Source of the DNA: Candidatus Electrothrix sp. GW3-4
Lineage (GTDB): Bacteria > Desulfobacterota > Desulfobulbia > Desulfobulbales > Desulfobulbaceae
Length of the DNA stretch: 32,000 nt
Direction of reading: 5' to 3'
NCBI RefSeq assembly: GCF_037902255.1
Contig: NZ_CP147990.1
Span: forward strand, 3,690,001-3,722,000
Notes under the pieces: model-generated
Told to the model about the DNA's origin: nothing
The model's database searches: none
The model's input: the letters and a program-made list of their open reading frames with translations, nothing else
Shown: positions 16,910 to 26,045 of the stretch, piece after piece
Numbering within the stretch: the stretch's first letter is position 1
Layout: each line of letters opens with the position of its first letter
Translations under genes and position numbers: made by a program

Positions 16910-18176
16910 TCAACCGAATCTTCTCATTGCCTGGCTTGAACAGGCAGGTCTTTCCCATAGCCTTGCGGTCCCCCTGACCTATACCCTGATCATCTTTGCG
17001 GTCTTTCTTGCAGCCCTGCTGGCAACCTGGCTTGTTCGTCGTTTCGTGGTCAGCTCGCTGATCAAGGCCATCCACAATAATCGCCTGAGCTGGGATGACG
17101 CCCTCACAGATCACCATTTTTTCACCCGGCTGTCCTGGTTTGTCCCGGTCCTTATTTTCTATGTTGCTCAGGATATTCTCCTTCCCCCGGATTCGCAATG
17201 GTTGGAACTGGTTCCCCGCCTGATCTTCTGTGGTTTTATCCTGGCCGGAATCCGGACAATCAGTGCCCTGCTCAAGGCGACCAACAGCATCTACCGCTTC
17301 CGTCATCTCCAAACCGGTAAGACCATTCGCGGCTATATTGATGCCATCAGGATCGTCGTCTACCTCTTCGGCGCTATCTTCATGATGAGCACCCTCACCG
17401 GTCGCTCGCCCTGGGGTCTGCTTTCTGTCATGGGGGGCCTGACTGCCCTGACCATGCTCATCTTTCGCGATACCATCCTCGGCTTTATCGGGGCGATTCA
17501 GCTCACGACCAATGATATGATTCGAGTGGGGGACTGGATTGAGATGGCGTCTCACGGTGCGGACGGCGATGTCATAGAGGTCTCCATTCACTCGGTCCGG
17601 GTACGGAACTGGAATAAGACCATCACCACCATCCCCACCTATGCCCTGATTGCCAATCCCTTTAAAAACTGGCGCGGCATGACCGAGTCCGGGGGACGAC
17701 GAATCAAACGAGCCCTGCATCTTGACATGACCTCGATCCGTTTTCTGAGCGAGGAGGAACTGGATAAGCTGGGAGAGATTCGTATCCTGCGGGACTATCT
17801 CCACAGCAAAAGGGAGGAAATCAAGAAATACAACAGAGCGCGCGGTGCAGAGGCAAGCGAGGCCATCAACGGCCGCTGCCAAACCAATGCCGGGCTCTTC
17901 CGGGCCTATATTGTCGCCTGGCTCCAGGAGCACCCGAAGATCCATAAAAAAATGACCTTCTTAGTCCGCCAGCTGGCACCCGGCCCCAACGGCTTACCTA
18001 TGGAGATCTATGTCTTTAGTAATGACCAGGTTTGGGCCAATTACGAGGCCCTGCAGGCTGACATCTTTGATCACCTGATCTCGATTCTACCCTATTTTCA
18101 TCTCCGCGTTTTTCAAGAACCTTCTGGATACGACTTTAAAGTGCTCGCTCATCCCCCGCAAAAATCAGCGGAGTAG
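16902..18176 (+). CDS. Mechanosensitive ion channel (MscS) family protein
   Basis: IRVGDWIEM...GDVIEVSIHSVRVRNWNKTITTIPTYALIANPFKNW is the MscS beta-domain signature, with N-terminal TM helices. Confidence 0.88.
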   Translation: MSDQPNLLIAWLEQAGLSHSLAVPLTYTLIIFAVFLAALLATWLVRRFVVSSLIKAIHNNRLSWDDALTDHHFFTRLSWFVPVLIFYVAQDILLPPDSQWLELVPRLIFCGFILAGIRTISALLKATNSIYRFRHLQTGKTIRGYIDAIRIVVYLFGAIFMMSTLTGRSPWGLLSVMGGLTALTMLIFRDTILGFIGAIQLTTNDMIRVGDWIEMASHGADGDVIEVSIHSVRVRNWNKTITTIPTYALIANPFKNWRGMTESGGRRIKRALHLDMTSIRFLSEEELDKLGEIRILRDYLHSKREEIKKYNRARGAEASEAINGRCQTNAGLFRAYIVAWLQEHPKIHKKMTFLVRQLAPGPNGLPMEIYVFSNDQVWANYEALQADIFDHLISILPYFHLRVFQEPSGYDFKVLAHPPQKSAE

Positions 18177-18189
18177 AGTAAGAGGGGGG

Positions 18190-18230
18190 AGAGGCACGCG
18201 GTGCAGCAGCAGTGCAGGCACCGCGCCTCT
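18190..18230. terminator. GC-rich stem-loop between convergent genes (candidate bidirectional terminator)
   Basis: AGAGGCaCGCGGTGC...GCACCGCGCCTCT: a 13-bp stem with a 1-nt bulge, between the mscS-family stop (18176) and the stop of the minus-strand small ORF (18252). Confidence 0.5.
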
Positions 18231-18251
18231 GTTGCCCTTTCGCAGCGCTTT

Positions 18252-18479
18252 TTACACTTCCTGCACGATGTAACTGCACTCAGCAATAATATCCTCTCGA
18301 TCATGAGAACACTCAGCAGGCTGCTTATTCGGGCATTCTGCATCATACCACCTGTTGCCAGCAATCGTCATTGCTTCATCCTTGGACTCGGCTTCCACTG
18401 TGTATCGCTGCTGATCCATTTTGCAGGTACAGGCCTCAGCGCGTTTTCCCGGTGTAATTTTTACCGTATATTTCGGCAT
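18252..18479 (-). CDS. Hypothetical small Cys-rich protein (75 aa)
   Basis: A strong AAGGAGG sits 6 nt upstream of the ATG on the minus strand. The protein has six cysteines. No family recognised. Confidence 0.5.
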   Translation of the reverse strand: MPKYTVKITPGKRAEACTCKMDQQRYTVEAESKDEAMTIAGNRWYDAECPNKQPAECSHDREDIIAECSYIVQEV

Positions 18480-18894
18480 AATCAGAACCTCCTTGCTTAA
18501 TATTTCCTTTAAACAACAAAATCACCTTGGTGGCGGACAAAAAATTGACCGCCTGCAATGCGAAATCTTCCAACATACCATTCTCTTTAAGAAAGAAAAG
18601 AAAAAAGGCTCCAAAAGTACAAAATGGTATTCCCCTGAAGCTTCCTCTACGCCCCTGCTCAAAAATTTCGGGCAGCCAAACAGGTCGCCAGGGAATCAAT
18701 GAAAATTCATTGGCTTTCACCTGGATCTCCGCTATCATTACTTTATAATACGCGAGTAAGAAGACGAGGACACTGTCCCTCTAACTTGACAATGGGGTCC
18801 ACTTTAATCAAGAAATCGTGCAAATTCTTGCAGAGCAGCAAGTAAAGAACGTGAACAACACAAATGGAATAGTCTTAAAAACGGAGGGGACAAC

Positions 18895-19224
18895 ATGATG
18901 GTTGTCGCAAAAATTCTCGTCTTTCTTCTGGGGATGAGCGTGGCGGTCCAGGTCGTAGCCGCCTTTTATGGGATCATTGATCTTTGGTATGCAATCCGTA
19001 CCGAATACCCTCGGGTTCTTAAGGGCATCCTGTTTTGGTGCGGCATCAGCGCTCTCATTGCCTTCCTGGTGGGCGAGGACCTGCGCATGGCCTTTCTTAG
19101 GGGGATGGTCTTTTATCTCCCTTTTTACGTGGCCAATTTCTATATTCTTCAGTCCATCATAAGATATCGCTACAAGAAGGGGGAAGAAGTCATAGACAAA
19201 GAACAGCAGCAAGAACCCTATTAA
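18895..19224 (+). CDS. Hypothetical small membrane protein (109 aa, ~3 TM helices)
   Basis: GGAGGGG lies upstream of the ATGATG start. Hydrophobic segments: VVAKILVFLLGMSVAVQVVAAFYGII, ILFWCGISALIAFLV, MVFYLPFYVANFYIL. Confidence 0.55.
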   Translation: MMVVAKILVFLLGMSVAVQVVAAFYGIIDLWYAIRTEYPRVLKGILFWCGISALIAFLVGEDLRMAFLRGMVFYLPFYVANFYILQSIIRYRYKKGEEVIDKEQQQEPY

Positions 19225-19244
19225 TCTTCAATAATTAGAAAAAA

Positions 19245-19556
19245 CTATTTTTCCTCGTATAATTCCCGGTACAGTTTTGCCGCACAATCAGGACAGATAC
19301 CGTGGCTGAATTCCGCCTCAGAATGTTCGCGTATATAGGACTCGATCTGACTCCAATAGCCCTTATCGTCTCGTATTTTTTTACAGGAGGCACATATTGG
19401 CAAAAAACCGCTTAATATCTTCACCTGAGACATAGCTTCCTGCAATTTTTGCGTTCGTTGCTCGACAAGCTCTTCCAACTCATCCTTATATTGACTGAGC
19501 TCCTTTTCAGCAGCCAGCCGCTTTTTCATTTCATCCAAGGAGTTCATCACAATATA
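19245..19556 (-). pseudogene. C-terminal fragment of the IS-interrupted Cache receptor (coiled-coil plus CxxC...HGICPxC module)
   Basis: ...[92 protein letters not shown]. The first ~21 codons of the tracked ORF (19245..19619) read out of the IS end. Confidence 0.8.
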
Positions 19557-21421
19557 AAGGGTGTTGAAAAGTACCCCTGCATAGAGCAATTTCAGTTGTC
19601 CGAGATGCTCAATAAGCATTTTTTTCGTTTGTTAGTGTCACTGCAATCTGATGTCGAGCACTTTCCAGGCGGAATTCAACCTTTTTCAAAAAGCCACTAT
19701 GGGCAAGGCTCTATTTTTTGGACAAGCCGACTGTCAGAAACAGCAAAAATGAACAAACGGGTATTTTTGTAGCTGTAATAATTTAGATTGTTGTTTTGGT
19801 CCTTCTGCTATGCTGCCATTTTGAAGAGTGGCAGTTGCGGTGACTTTTTAGCAGGTATTTTTTTGCGGGTTCCTATCATTTTCAACAATAACAAGGAAAT
19901 ACTGCTGAGCGTACATCGAGCTGTGATCGCGGACTGACCGCGAACCCGAACGGTTTCAAGGCCGGTTTGATGTTTTAACAGGTTGAAAGGTCGTTCAGAA
20001 TTTTTGCGAATATCGTGTGCCTCCTGTATCTGCTCGACATGGTAAGGTATTCGCTGGAAAAAGCCTCTGTCTAACGGTATGCATCGACATTGCGGACAGC
20101 TTCCTTTGAGAAGACATTCACCTGTATTTGCAGCACATTTATACTCGTGATGATTCCCTTCGACGCCTGCATACTCCATAGGAACAGAACATTCATCATG
20201 GCAGAAAACAGTGCCTTTGACAGCATCAACATTATCCGGTGTAGATACTGTAGAACAGGGTGGAGTTGTCACGTATACACCTGTTTTATTGTACAATGAT
20301 CCGTCATTGTCATGATAGGCGGTATCGGCGGTGATGAGTTTCATCTTAACCCCCATAGCCTGCGCCACATCGACCAAAAGCGAAAGAAAGTGACTATCAT
20401 GGTGATTTGCCGGTGCAAGCAAAGATATGATCGGAAAACTATGATCAGTTTCAGCGTCAATTGCAGTTAACGTATGCAGACGATAGCCGACTACGTACAC
20501 AGATTTGTCACGCTTGTTGCGTCGTTTTCCACAGTCGCTGTCGAGATCATTGTAAATGCGTATATTTTGACCATTGATATTCAATGAAGCCAGGGGGATT
20601 TTACATTCATTGGCCAGTTCGGTAGAGTCCACTCCGTGCAGGATATGGTCACCAAGCATCCCGGACTGCAAAAAATGATGCAAAATATAAACCGTAATAT
20701 TAATCTGTTGGACAAATGTGAGGGAATTACGGAATTTGCTAAGCTGAGTATGGTCGATCATTGTTTTTTCACGCAATGACAATCCGATAAAGGCGCGATT
20801 CTGTTTGCGGTCAAGGCCGAGGTATTCTTCATCACAGAATTTTCGGTAGCTGATTTCTGGATACTTGATCGTCTTGAGCAGTTCGGCACGGAACATGTTG
20901 TGAGGGAAAAAGTCCCGCATAGCAGGACTATAGCCGTCATAAGCTAACAGGCGATTGATAATTTCGTTGTCAAGCAGCTGGTCGATAAACTGGAGCTCTT
21001 CATCTTTGATATATTTGGCGAAACGCCTTTCGCCAAAAAGCTTTATGATACTGTTATTTTTTGATTCATTGACAATATCGGCCATCTGATCAAGGCTGAT
21101 AATCCCCTTTGTCGGAACCTGTTGCTCCACGCCGAGCAGCTGATCTGGGGTGGCTGAAATATCCTGCTTGAAATCATACTCGCCCGCGACCTGCGCGAGG
21201 ACTTTTCGAGAGATTTCCTTTTTGGTCTTACGGTTCAGCCGGTTCCAATTAGGATAGTTTTCCTTAAGCTCTTTTTGTACGAGACGTTTGATATTTTTAT
21301 TATGCATAATGCCTGAAATGGGTAACGAATTAACATTATTAACTTTTCGTCATTATACAGGGTTTTTTCGACTTAAGCAACTGTTTTTGTGTAATATTGA
21401 AGTGTTCTTTTCAACACCCTT
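19557..21421 (-). mobile_element. Insertion sequence, 1865 bp, with 18-bp terminal inverted repeats and a 5-bp target-site duplication
   Basis: Left end AAGGGTGTTGAAAAGTAC (19557-19574). Right end GTTCTTTTCAACACCCTT (21404-21421), which is the reverse complement AAGGGTGTTGAAAAGAAC; 17/18 match. ATATA flanks both ends (19552-19556 and 21422-21426). The element encloses a single transposase ORF. Confidence 0.85.
19808..21307 (-). CDS. DDE transposase (IS4/IS5/IS1182-type superfamily; exact IS family not assigned)
   Basis: 499 aa. Candidate catalytic regions: ILHGVDSTELA, KLITADTAYHDNDG, and a C-terminal RKNSERPFNLLKHQTGLETVRVRG block typical of DDE_Tnp_1-type enzymes. Confidence 0.8.
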   Translation of the reverse strand: MHNKNIKRLVQKELKENYPNWNRLNRKTKKEISRKVLAQVAGEYDFKQDISATPDQLLGVEQQVPTKGIISLDQMADIVNESKNNSIIKLFGERRFAKYIKDEELQFIDQLLDNEIINRLLAYDGYSPAMRDFFPHNMFRAELLKTIKYPEISYRKFCDEEYLGLDRKQNRAFIGLSLREKTMIDHTQLSKFRNSLTFVQQINITVYILHHFLQSGMLGDHILHGVDSTELANECKIPLASLNINGQNIRIYNDLDSDCGKRRNKRDKSVYVVGYRLHTLTAIDAETDHSFPIISLLAPANHHDSHFLSLLVDVAQAMGVKMKLITADTAYHDNDGSLYNKTGVYVTTPPCSTVSTPDNVDAVKGTVFCHDECSVPMEYAGVEGNHHEYKCAANTGECLLKGSCPQCRCIPLDRGFFQRIPYHVEQIQEAHDIRKNSERPFNLLKHQTGLETVRVRGQSAITARCTLSSISLLLLKMIGTRKKIPAKKSPQLPLFKMAA

Positions 21422-22131
21422 ATATAGAAAGACAGCAGGAGAGTAACCGCAATAATAATAAATGAAATACAGAGTAACCCCTTTGTCAGATGAGCTATCT
21501 CATCGTTGATTTCCTCAAAAAAAATACCCGTGCCAATAACCCAGCCCCAAGGTTTGAAGAGTTTCACATAAGAAAGCTTGGGAACAATGTGTACAGGCCC
21601 CCTTGTCCATTTCCAGTAATATTGAGCATATCCTCCGTCCTTACTCCTTGCCAGAGCAATGAATTCCTTAAACAGATATCGGCCTTCTGAATCGGTAAAA
21701 GTGGACATATCCTTACCCTCCAGTCGCCTTAAACGGGGATGCATGATCATGGTTGAGTGGGTATCATTAATCCAAAAATACCCTCTTCCTGCAAACCCAT
21801 AACGAATTTCCCGTATCTGCTCTATCGCCATCTTTTGCCCAAGCTCAAGGGAAAGCTCACCAGACGTTACCAGCTGATTATATTGCCGTAACATACTTAT
21901 AACGGTCTGAACCTCACCTGAAATCAACGCTTTTTTCTGGGCAAGAAGATTATACTTAACAACAGGCAGGGCAACGACAAAAAGGATGACAACAAAAAGA
22001 AGAATCGTCAGGACAGAAGGGAGGACAATGCGAATCATCTCCTTTTTATACAGCTGACTCGTCCCATCAATCATGATACGCTCGCGTACTCTGGCAGCCA
22101 CCTCTGCTATATTAGACACACTCTTCCTCAA
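21422..22131 (-). pseudogene. N-terminal fragment of the IS-interrupted receptor (TM1 - single Cache domain - TM2)
   Basis: TM1 IRIVLPSVLTILLFVVILFVVALPVV. Cache-like GYFWINDTHSTMIMHP...YYWKW...KPWGWVIGTGIF. TM2 LLCISFIIIAVTLLLSFY. The tracked ORF (to 21373) then runs into the IS end and stops. The true start codon is uncertain (TTG at 22131 or downstream). Confidence 0.8.
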
Positions 22132-22225
22132 CCTCCTCCAGGACCGTTCTCAACTGATTGATGGGAGTTTCCAGGGCCACAGGGCGCTGAACGTATACAA
22201 AACGTCTATATCCGAGAATGTCTCA

Positions 22226-23122
22226 TCAGCCCTTATTTGCTTTCAGAATACACTCCAGCTCGCATGCCGCTGCATAGGCGACAATTTCCTCTTGCAAAAA
22301 TTGCACATAAGGACAATCAATTACAGCAAGAAGAGAATTTCGAACCATATATTTCCTGCTCTGTTTCAGCGGCTCAAGCGCTTCAAGGATGTAACTAAAG
22401 ATCTGTGGACGGCGGCAGACCAGAGGGCGCTGACTGTATACGGTGCAACGTCCGTTCTGTTCAAGGGCGGGACAGGATGCATCCTTGGGCAGGATCATGC
22501 TCCAGCCGTTTCGCCAATGCACCAGCTCCGGGTTGCCGCATTGATCAGCACCTTGATAAAAAGGACGCCCCTCAATCTGTAAAACAGCATCGTCCGACGC
22601 CGTATCAAGGGCCGACGTGGACCGACTCTCGGATGTATCATGGCGGGGCAAAGAAAAGAGCTTGGTCTCAGCATCCTGCAAAGGGATCTCAAAGAACTCC
22701 TGGGCCATTGCTTTCTCCGGGCCGACACAGCAAAGCCGACAATGACAGGGCGCACAAAGGCAGGAGTTGATCTCCTCCAGCTCCGCCTCCAGAATACGTT
22801 GGTTGATCAAAACGGTGCAGGCCGAGACGGCATCCACTGGCTGGCCTGACGCATCCACCACCTCTGCGTTCAGCTCCTCCGGTTGATTATCTGTGCCCAC
22901 TGTTTCCAGTAACTGCAGCTGATCAAGATACCGGCGTAATAACTTATCCGGCTCCGGGTAGACCGTGTAAGGTGTCTCAATCGGCCCTGTCATCTCCGCA
23001 ATGATGTCTTCAACCTTTGCTCCAGGGCCGCTGAGCTGATACATAAACTGCACCATGGAGACCAACGGCAGCACCGGCTGTTTCAGCAGGGCCATGCCAT
23101 CCTGGAGATCTTCTTTTTTCAC
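22226..23122 (-). CDS. YkgJ-like cysteine-cluster (UPF0153-type) protein with an extended N-terminal region
   Basis: CLCAPCHCRLCC cluster, and a C-terminal CPALEQNGRCTVYSQRPLVCRRPQIF resembling the YkgJ CxxCxxCC...CP.L....C.IY..RP..CR motif. Confidence 0.5.
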   Translation of the reverse strand: MKKEDLQDGMALLKQPVLPLVSMVQFMYQLSGPGAKVEDIIAEMTGPIETPYTVYPEPDKLLRRYLDQLQLLETVGTDNQPEELNAEVVDASGQPVDAVSACTVLINQRILEAELEEINSCLCAPCHCRLCCVGPEKAMAQEFFEIPLQDAETKLFSLPRHDTSESRSTSALDTASDDAVLQIEGRPFYQGADQCGNPELVHWRNGWSMILPKDASCPALEQNGRCTVYSQRPLVCRRPQIFSYILEALEPLKQSRKYMVRNSLLAVIDCPYVQFLQEEIVAYAAACELECILKANKG

Positions 23123-23329
23123 CTTTTACTCTCCTGTTCTTCTGTATAAATATGAAATCCCCCCTCAAAATACACAAGATTCAAATCTAAAACAAGCAGA
23201 AGCGATATTTTTCCATGCACTTGAAATTACCTTTCTCCTTTACAGCAGGCAAGAAAATTATTAGTTATCAGCATACGGAAACAAAAGACACAGTTACCCG
23301 ATATAATTTTTTCAAGTTTACTTCCGATA

Positions 23330-23833
23330 ATGGCTATCAGAGAAATAATAACCTATCCTGCTCCGGTTCTCCGGAAAAAAGCAGTAAAAATAGAAGCATT
23401 TGACCACGAACTTCGTGAGCTGACTGATGACATGGTCGAGACCATGTATGCCGCCCAGGGTGTTGGATTGGCTGCAAACCAGATCGGTATTGCCGAACAA
23501 ATCGTGGTTGTTGATATCTCTACCCAGGAAGACGAACAGAAAAACATCGTCCTCATCAATCCTGTTATCTCCGAGGGGGAAGGCAAGGTACTGGATCAGG
23601 AAGGCTGCCTGAGTGTCCTGGAGTACAGCGCCAAGGTGGAACGCTTCCAAAAGATCCGGGTTACGGCCCAGGATCTGGAAGGAAAAGAATTGGATTTCAT
23701 TGCCGAAGACCGTTTTGCCCGCATCATCCAACACGAGGTGGATCATCTGCACGGCACCTTATTCATTGACCGGATAAGTAGCCTAAAACGGGGCCTGTAC
23801 AAGAAAAAACTCAAAAAAATCTTAAAAAATTAA
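23330..23833 (+). CDS. def: Peptide deformylase
   Basis: GVGLAANQIG, EGCLS and QHEVDHLHG are the three canonical deformylase motifs. Confidence 0.95.
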   Translation: MAIREIITYPAPVLRKKAVKIEAFDHELRELTDDMVETMYAAQGVGLAANQIGIAEQIVVVDISTQEDEQKNIVLINPVISEGEGKVLDQEGCLSVLEYSAKVERFQKIRVTAQDLEGKELDFIAEDRFARIIQHEVDHLHGTLFIDRISSLKRGLYKKKLKKILKN

Positions 23834-23848
23834 GAGGAATATTAAGGA

Positions 23849-24790
23849 ATGAGTGATCCTCTGCGTATCATTTTCATGGGGACCCCCGATTTTGCCGTGC
23901 CCAGTCTTCAGGCCCTGCTTGACTGCCCCGACCAGGTGGTAGCGGTGGTCTGTCAGCCCGATCGCAGGCAGGGACGGGGGAAAAAACTCTGTCCACCGCC
24001 TGTGAAGATCCTGGCGGAAGAGACAGGGGTGCCTGTCCTCCAGCCGACCTGTATCTGTGATAATGAGTTTTTGAAAACGATCAGCGATCTCCAACCAGAC
24101 CTGATCGTGGTCACGGCCTACGGGAGAATCCTGCCCGGTCGCCTGCTCAACCTGCCCCGGTTTGGTACTATCAATGTCCACGGCTCCCTCCTGCCCAAAT
24201 ACCGGGGGGCGGCACCCATTCAATGGTCAGTCATTAACGGAGAAGCCGAGACTGGGGTGACTATCATGCAAATGAACGAAGGCGTGGATACCGGCGATAT
24301 CCTGCTCTCAATCAAACTCCCCATCAGTGAGGACGACACCAGCGGCACCCTGTTTGCCAAGCTGGCAGATCTGGGCGGGCAGGCCCTGTTCGAGGCATTG
24401 TCGCGGATCAAGCAAGGTAATCTCACCCCTATTCCACAGGATGATACGTTGTCCTGTTCCGCTCCCATGCTGAAAAAGGAGATGGGCCAACTTGATTGGA
24501 CCAAGTCTGCACAGGAGCTGCATTGCCTGATCCGTGGTCTTGACCCTTGGCCTTCAGCCTATGGTTTTATTGATGAACGACGCTTTCGTTTCTTCAAGCC
24601 TCAGGTGATTGCAGGCGAGGTAACAGAGAAACCGGGAACTCTCTGTCGAGCCGATAAAAATGGCGTACTGATCGCCACGGGCAAGGATTATCTGCTGATC
24701 CGGGAGATCCAACCAGAAGGCAAAAAAAGGATGTGTGTCCAGGCCTGCATCTGCGGAATGAAGCTACCCATAGGGGAGCAGTTCACCTAA
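23849..24790 (+). CDS. fmt: Methionyl-tRNA formyltransferase
   Basis: IIFMGTPDFAVPSL...PDRRQGRGKK...NVHGSLLPKYRGAAPIQW. It lies immediately downstream of def. Confidence 0.95.
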   Translation: MSDPLRIIFMGTPDFAVPSLQALLDCPDQVVAVVCQPDRRQGRGKKLCPPPVKILAEETGVPVLQPTCICDNEFLKTISDLQPDLIVVTAYGRILPGRLLNLPRFGTINVHGSLLPKYRGAAPIQWSVINGEAETGVTIMQMNEGVDTGDILLSIKLPISEDDTSGTLFAKLADLGGQALFEALSRIKQGNLTPIPQDDTLSCSAPMLKKEMGQLDWTKSAQELHCLIRGLDPWPSAYGFIDERRFRFFKPQVIAGEVTEKPGTLCRADKNGVLIATGKDYLLIREIQPEGKKRMCVQACICGMKLPIGEQFT

Positions 24791-24816
24791 TTTATCCAAG
24801 CTCGCAGAACTGACGC

Positions 24817-26043
24817 ATGTCGTTTTTAGGCAAGAAGATCTGCTACCTGGATTGTTTTTCCGGGGTCAGTGGTAATATGCTCCTGGGAGGCCTGCTCAAT
24901 GCAGGCTTAGCGCTGGAAGCCCTCCGGGAGGCGCTCGGTCTTCTCAGGCTTCCGGGTTGGGAGCTGAGCAGCACCCCTGTTATGCAATCCGGTTTACAGG
25001 CCACCCTAGCCCAGGTTCAGACAGAGGAGAACAGAGCCCATCGCCATTTCTCCGATATCCGTGCCCTCCTGGAACAATCGGAACTGGACCAAGCCGTTAT
25101 CGACCAATCCCTTGCCGTGTTCACCCGGCTGGCCGAGGCAGAAGCCCATGTCCACGGTACCACTCCTGAAAAAATCCATTTCCACGAAGTGGGGGCCCTG
25201 GATGCGATCATCGATATCGTCGGGACGGTTGCTGGCCTGCATCTCCTCGGCATAGAAGAGATTATCTGCTCTCCTCTGCCTATGCCTACTGGCGGCTGGC
25301 TCCATTGCCAACACGGAGCGCTGCCCCTGCCTGCCCCGGCGGTCTGCGAACTCCTCAAAGGGGTCCCTGTCTTCGGGGAGAGCCTGCAACAGGAGCTGGT
25401 CACCCCCACCGGTGCGGCCCTGGCTGCGGAATTGAGCAGCACCTTCGGCACGCTGCCTCCTATGACCCTGAAACTAAGCGGTTACGGAGCTGGGACCATG
25501 CAACGCCAGGACGGTCGACCCAACCTACTCCGTTTGCTCATCGGACAAAGCCACTCTGCTGCCGAAGCGCAACAGGTGGAGGTCATTGAGACCCATCTGG
25601 ATGACTGGAACCCGGAGGTCTGGCCCCATGTGGCAGCCAAGCTGATGCGGGAGGGCGCACTGGACATCAGCCTTGTACCCATCCAGATGAAAAAAGGGCG
25701 CCCCGGTTTCCTCCTCCGCCTCCTTGCTGATCCGGCCCATGCTGCGCATCTCAGGAACTCCGTCCTCAACGAAACCTCTGCCATTGGTCTTCGTTTTCAT
25801 ACTGTCCAGCGCATAACCCTGCCCAGAACCAACATTGAGCTCACCACCCCCTGGGGGACCGTGCGGGCCAAAAAGGTAACCACCACTGCGGGGGTCAGGA
25901 TTACCCCGGAGTACGAGGACTGTACGCGTCTGGCAGAAGCACACAATATCCCCTTACTAAAAATCTATGCTGCGGTTGCAGAATTGAGCGGCACGGTTTC
26001 CGTTCATTCCCACGAACCGCCAAGACACGACATTCCCAAATAA
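24817..26043 (+). CDS. larC: Nickel-pincer cofactor biosynthesis protein LarC (DUF111 family)
   Basis: YLDCFSGVSGNMLLGGLLNAG...HFHEVGALDAIIDIVG...ETSAIGLR are LarC/DUF111 signatures. Confidence 0.88.
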   Translation: MSFLGKKICYLDCFSGVSGNMLLGGLLNAGLALEALREALGLLRLPGWELSSTPVMQSGLQATLAQVQTEENRAHRHFSDIRALLEQSELDQAVIDQSLAVFTRLAEAEAHVHGTTPEKIHFHEVGALDAIIDIVGTVAGLHLLGIEEIICSPLPMPTGGWLHCQHGALPLPAPAVCELLKGVPVFGESLQQELVTPTGAALAAELSSTFGTLPPMTLKLSGYGAGTMQRQDGRPNLLRLLIGQSHSAAEAQQVEVIETHLDDWNPEVWPHVAAKLMREGALDISLVPIQMKKGRPGFLLRLLADPAHAAHLRNSVLNETSAIGLRFHTVQRITLPRTNIELTTPWGTVRAKKVTTTAGVRITPEYEDCTRLAEAHNIPLLKIYAAVAELSGTVSVHSHEPPRHDIPK

Positions 26044-26045
26044 TC

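Noticed and set aside
18792-18809. The 18-mer ATGGGGTCCACTTTAATC (18792-18809) recurs as ATGGGGTTCACTTTAATC at 28214-28231. Both copies are intergenic and upstream of + strand genes, so it could be a shared regulatory motif.
   Set aside because: My rough estimate is that a 17/18 match somewhere in a 32-kb window, counting both strands, is expected about once by chance. There is no flanking similarity and no recognisable promoter geometry. It is only worth revisiting if the motif is enriched genome-wide.
24817-26043. A link between LarC (nickel insertion for the pincer cofactor) and the vicinal-Cys (PYCCPS) secreted paralogs as a nickel- or sulfur-related system.
   Set aside because: The genes are 4 kb apart and in different transcription units. 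The paralogs sit in an evidently foreign insert. Four conserved Cys in a secreted protein are more simply explained by two disulfides. LarB and LarE are absent from the window.
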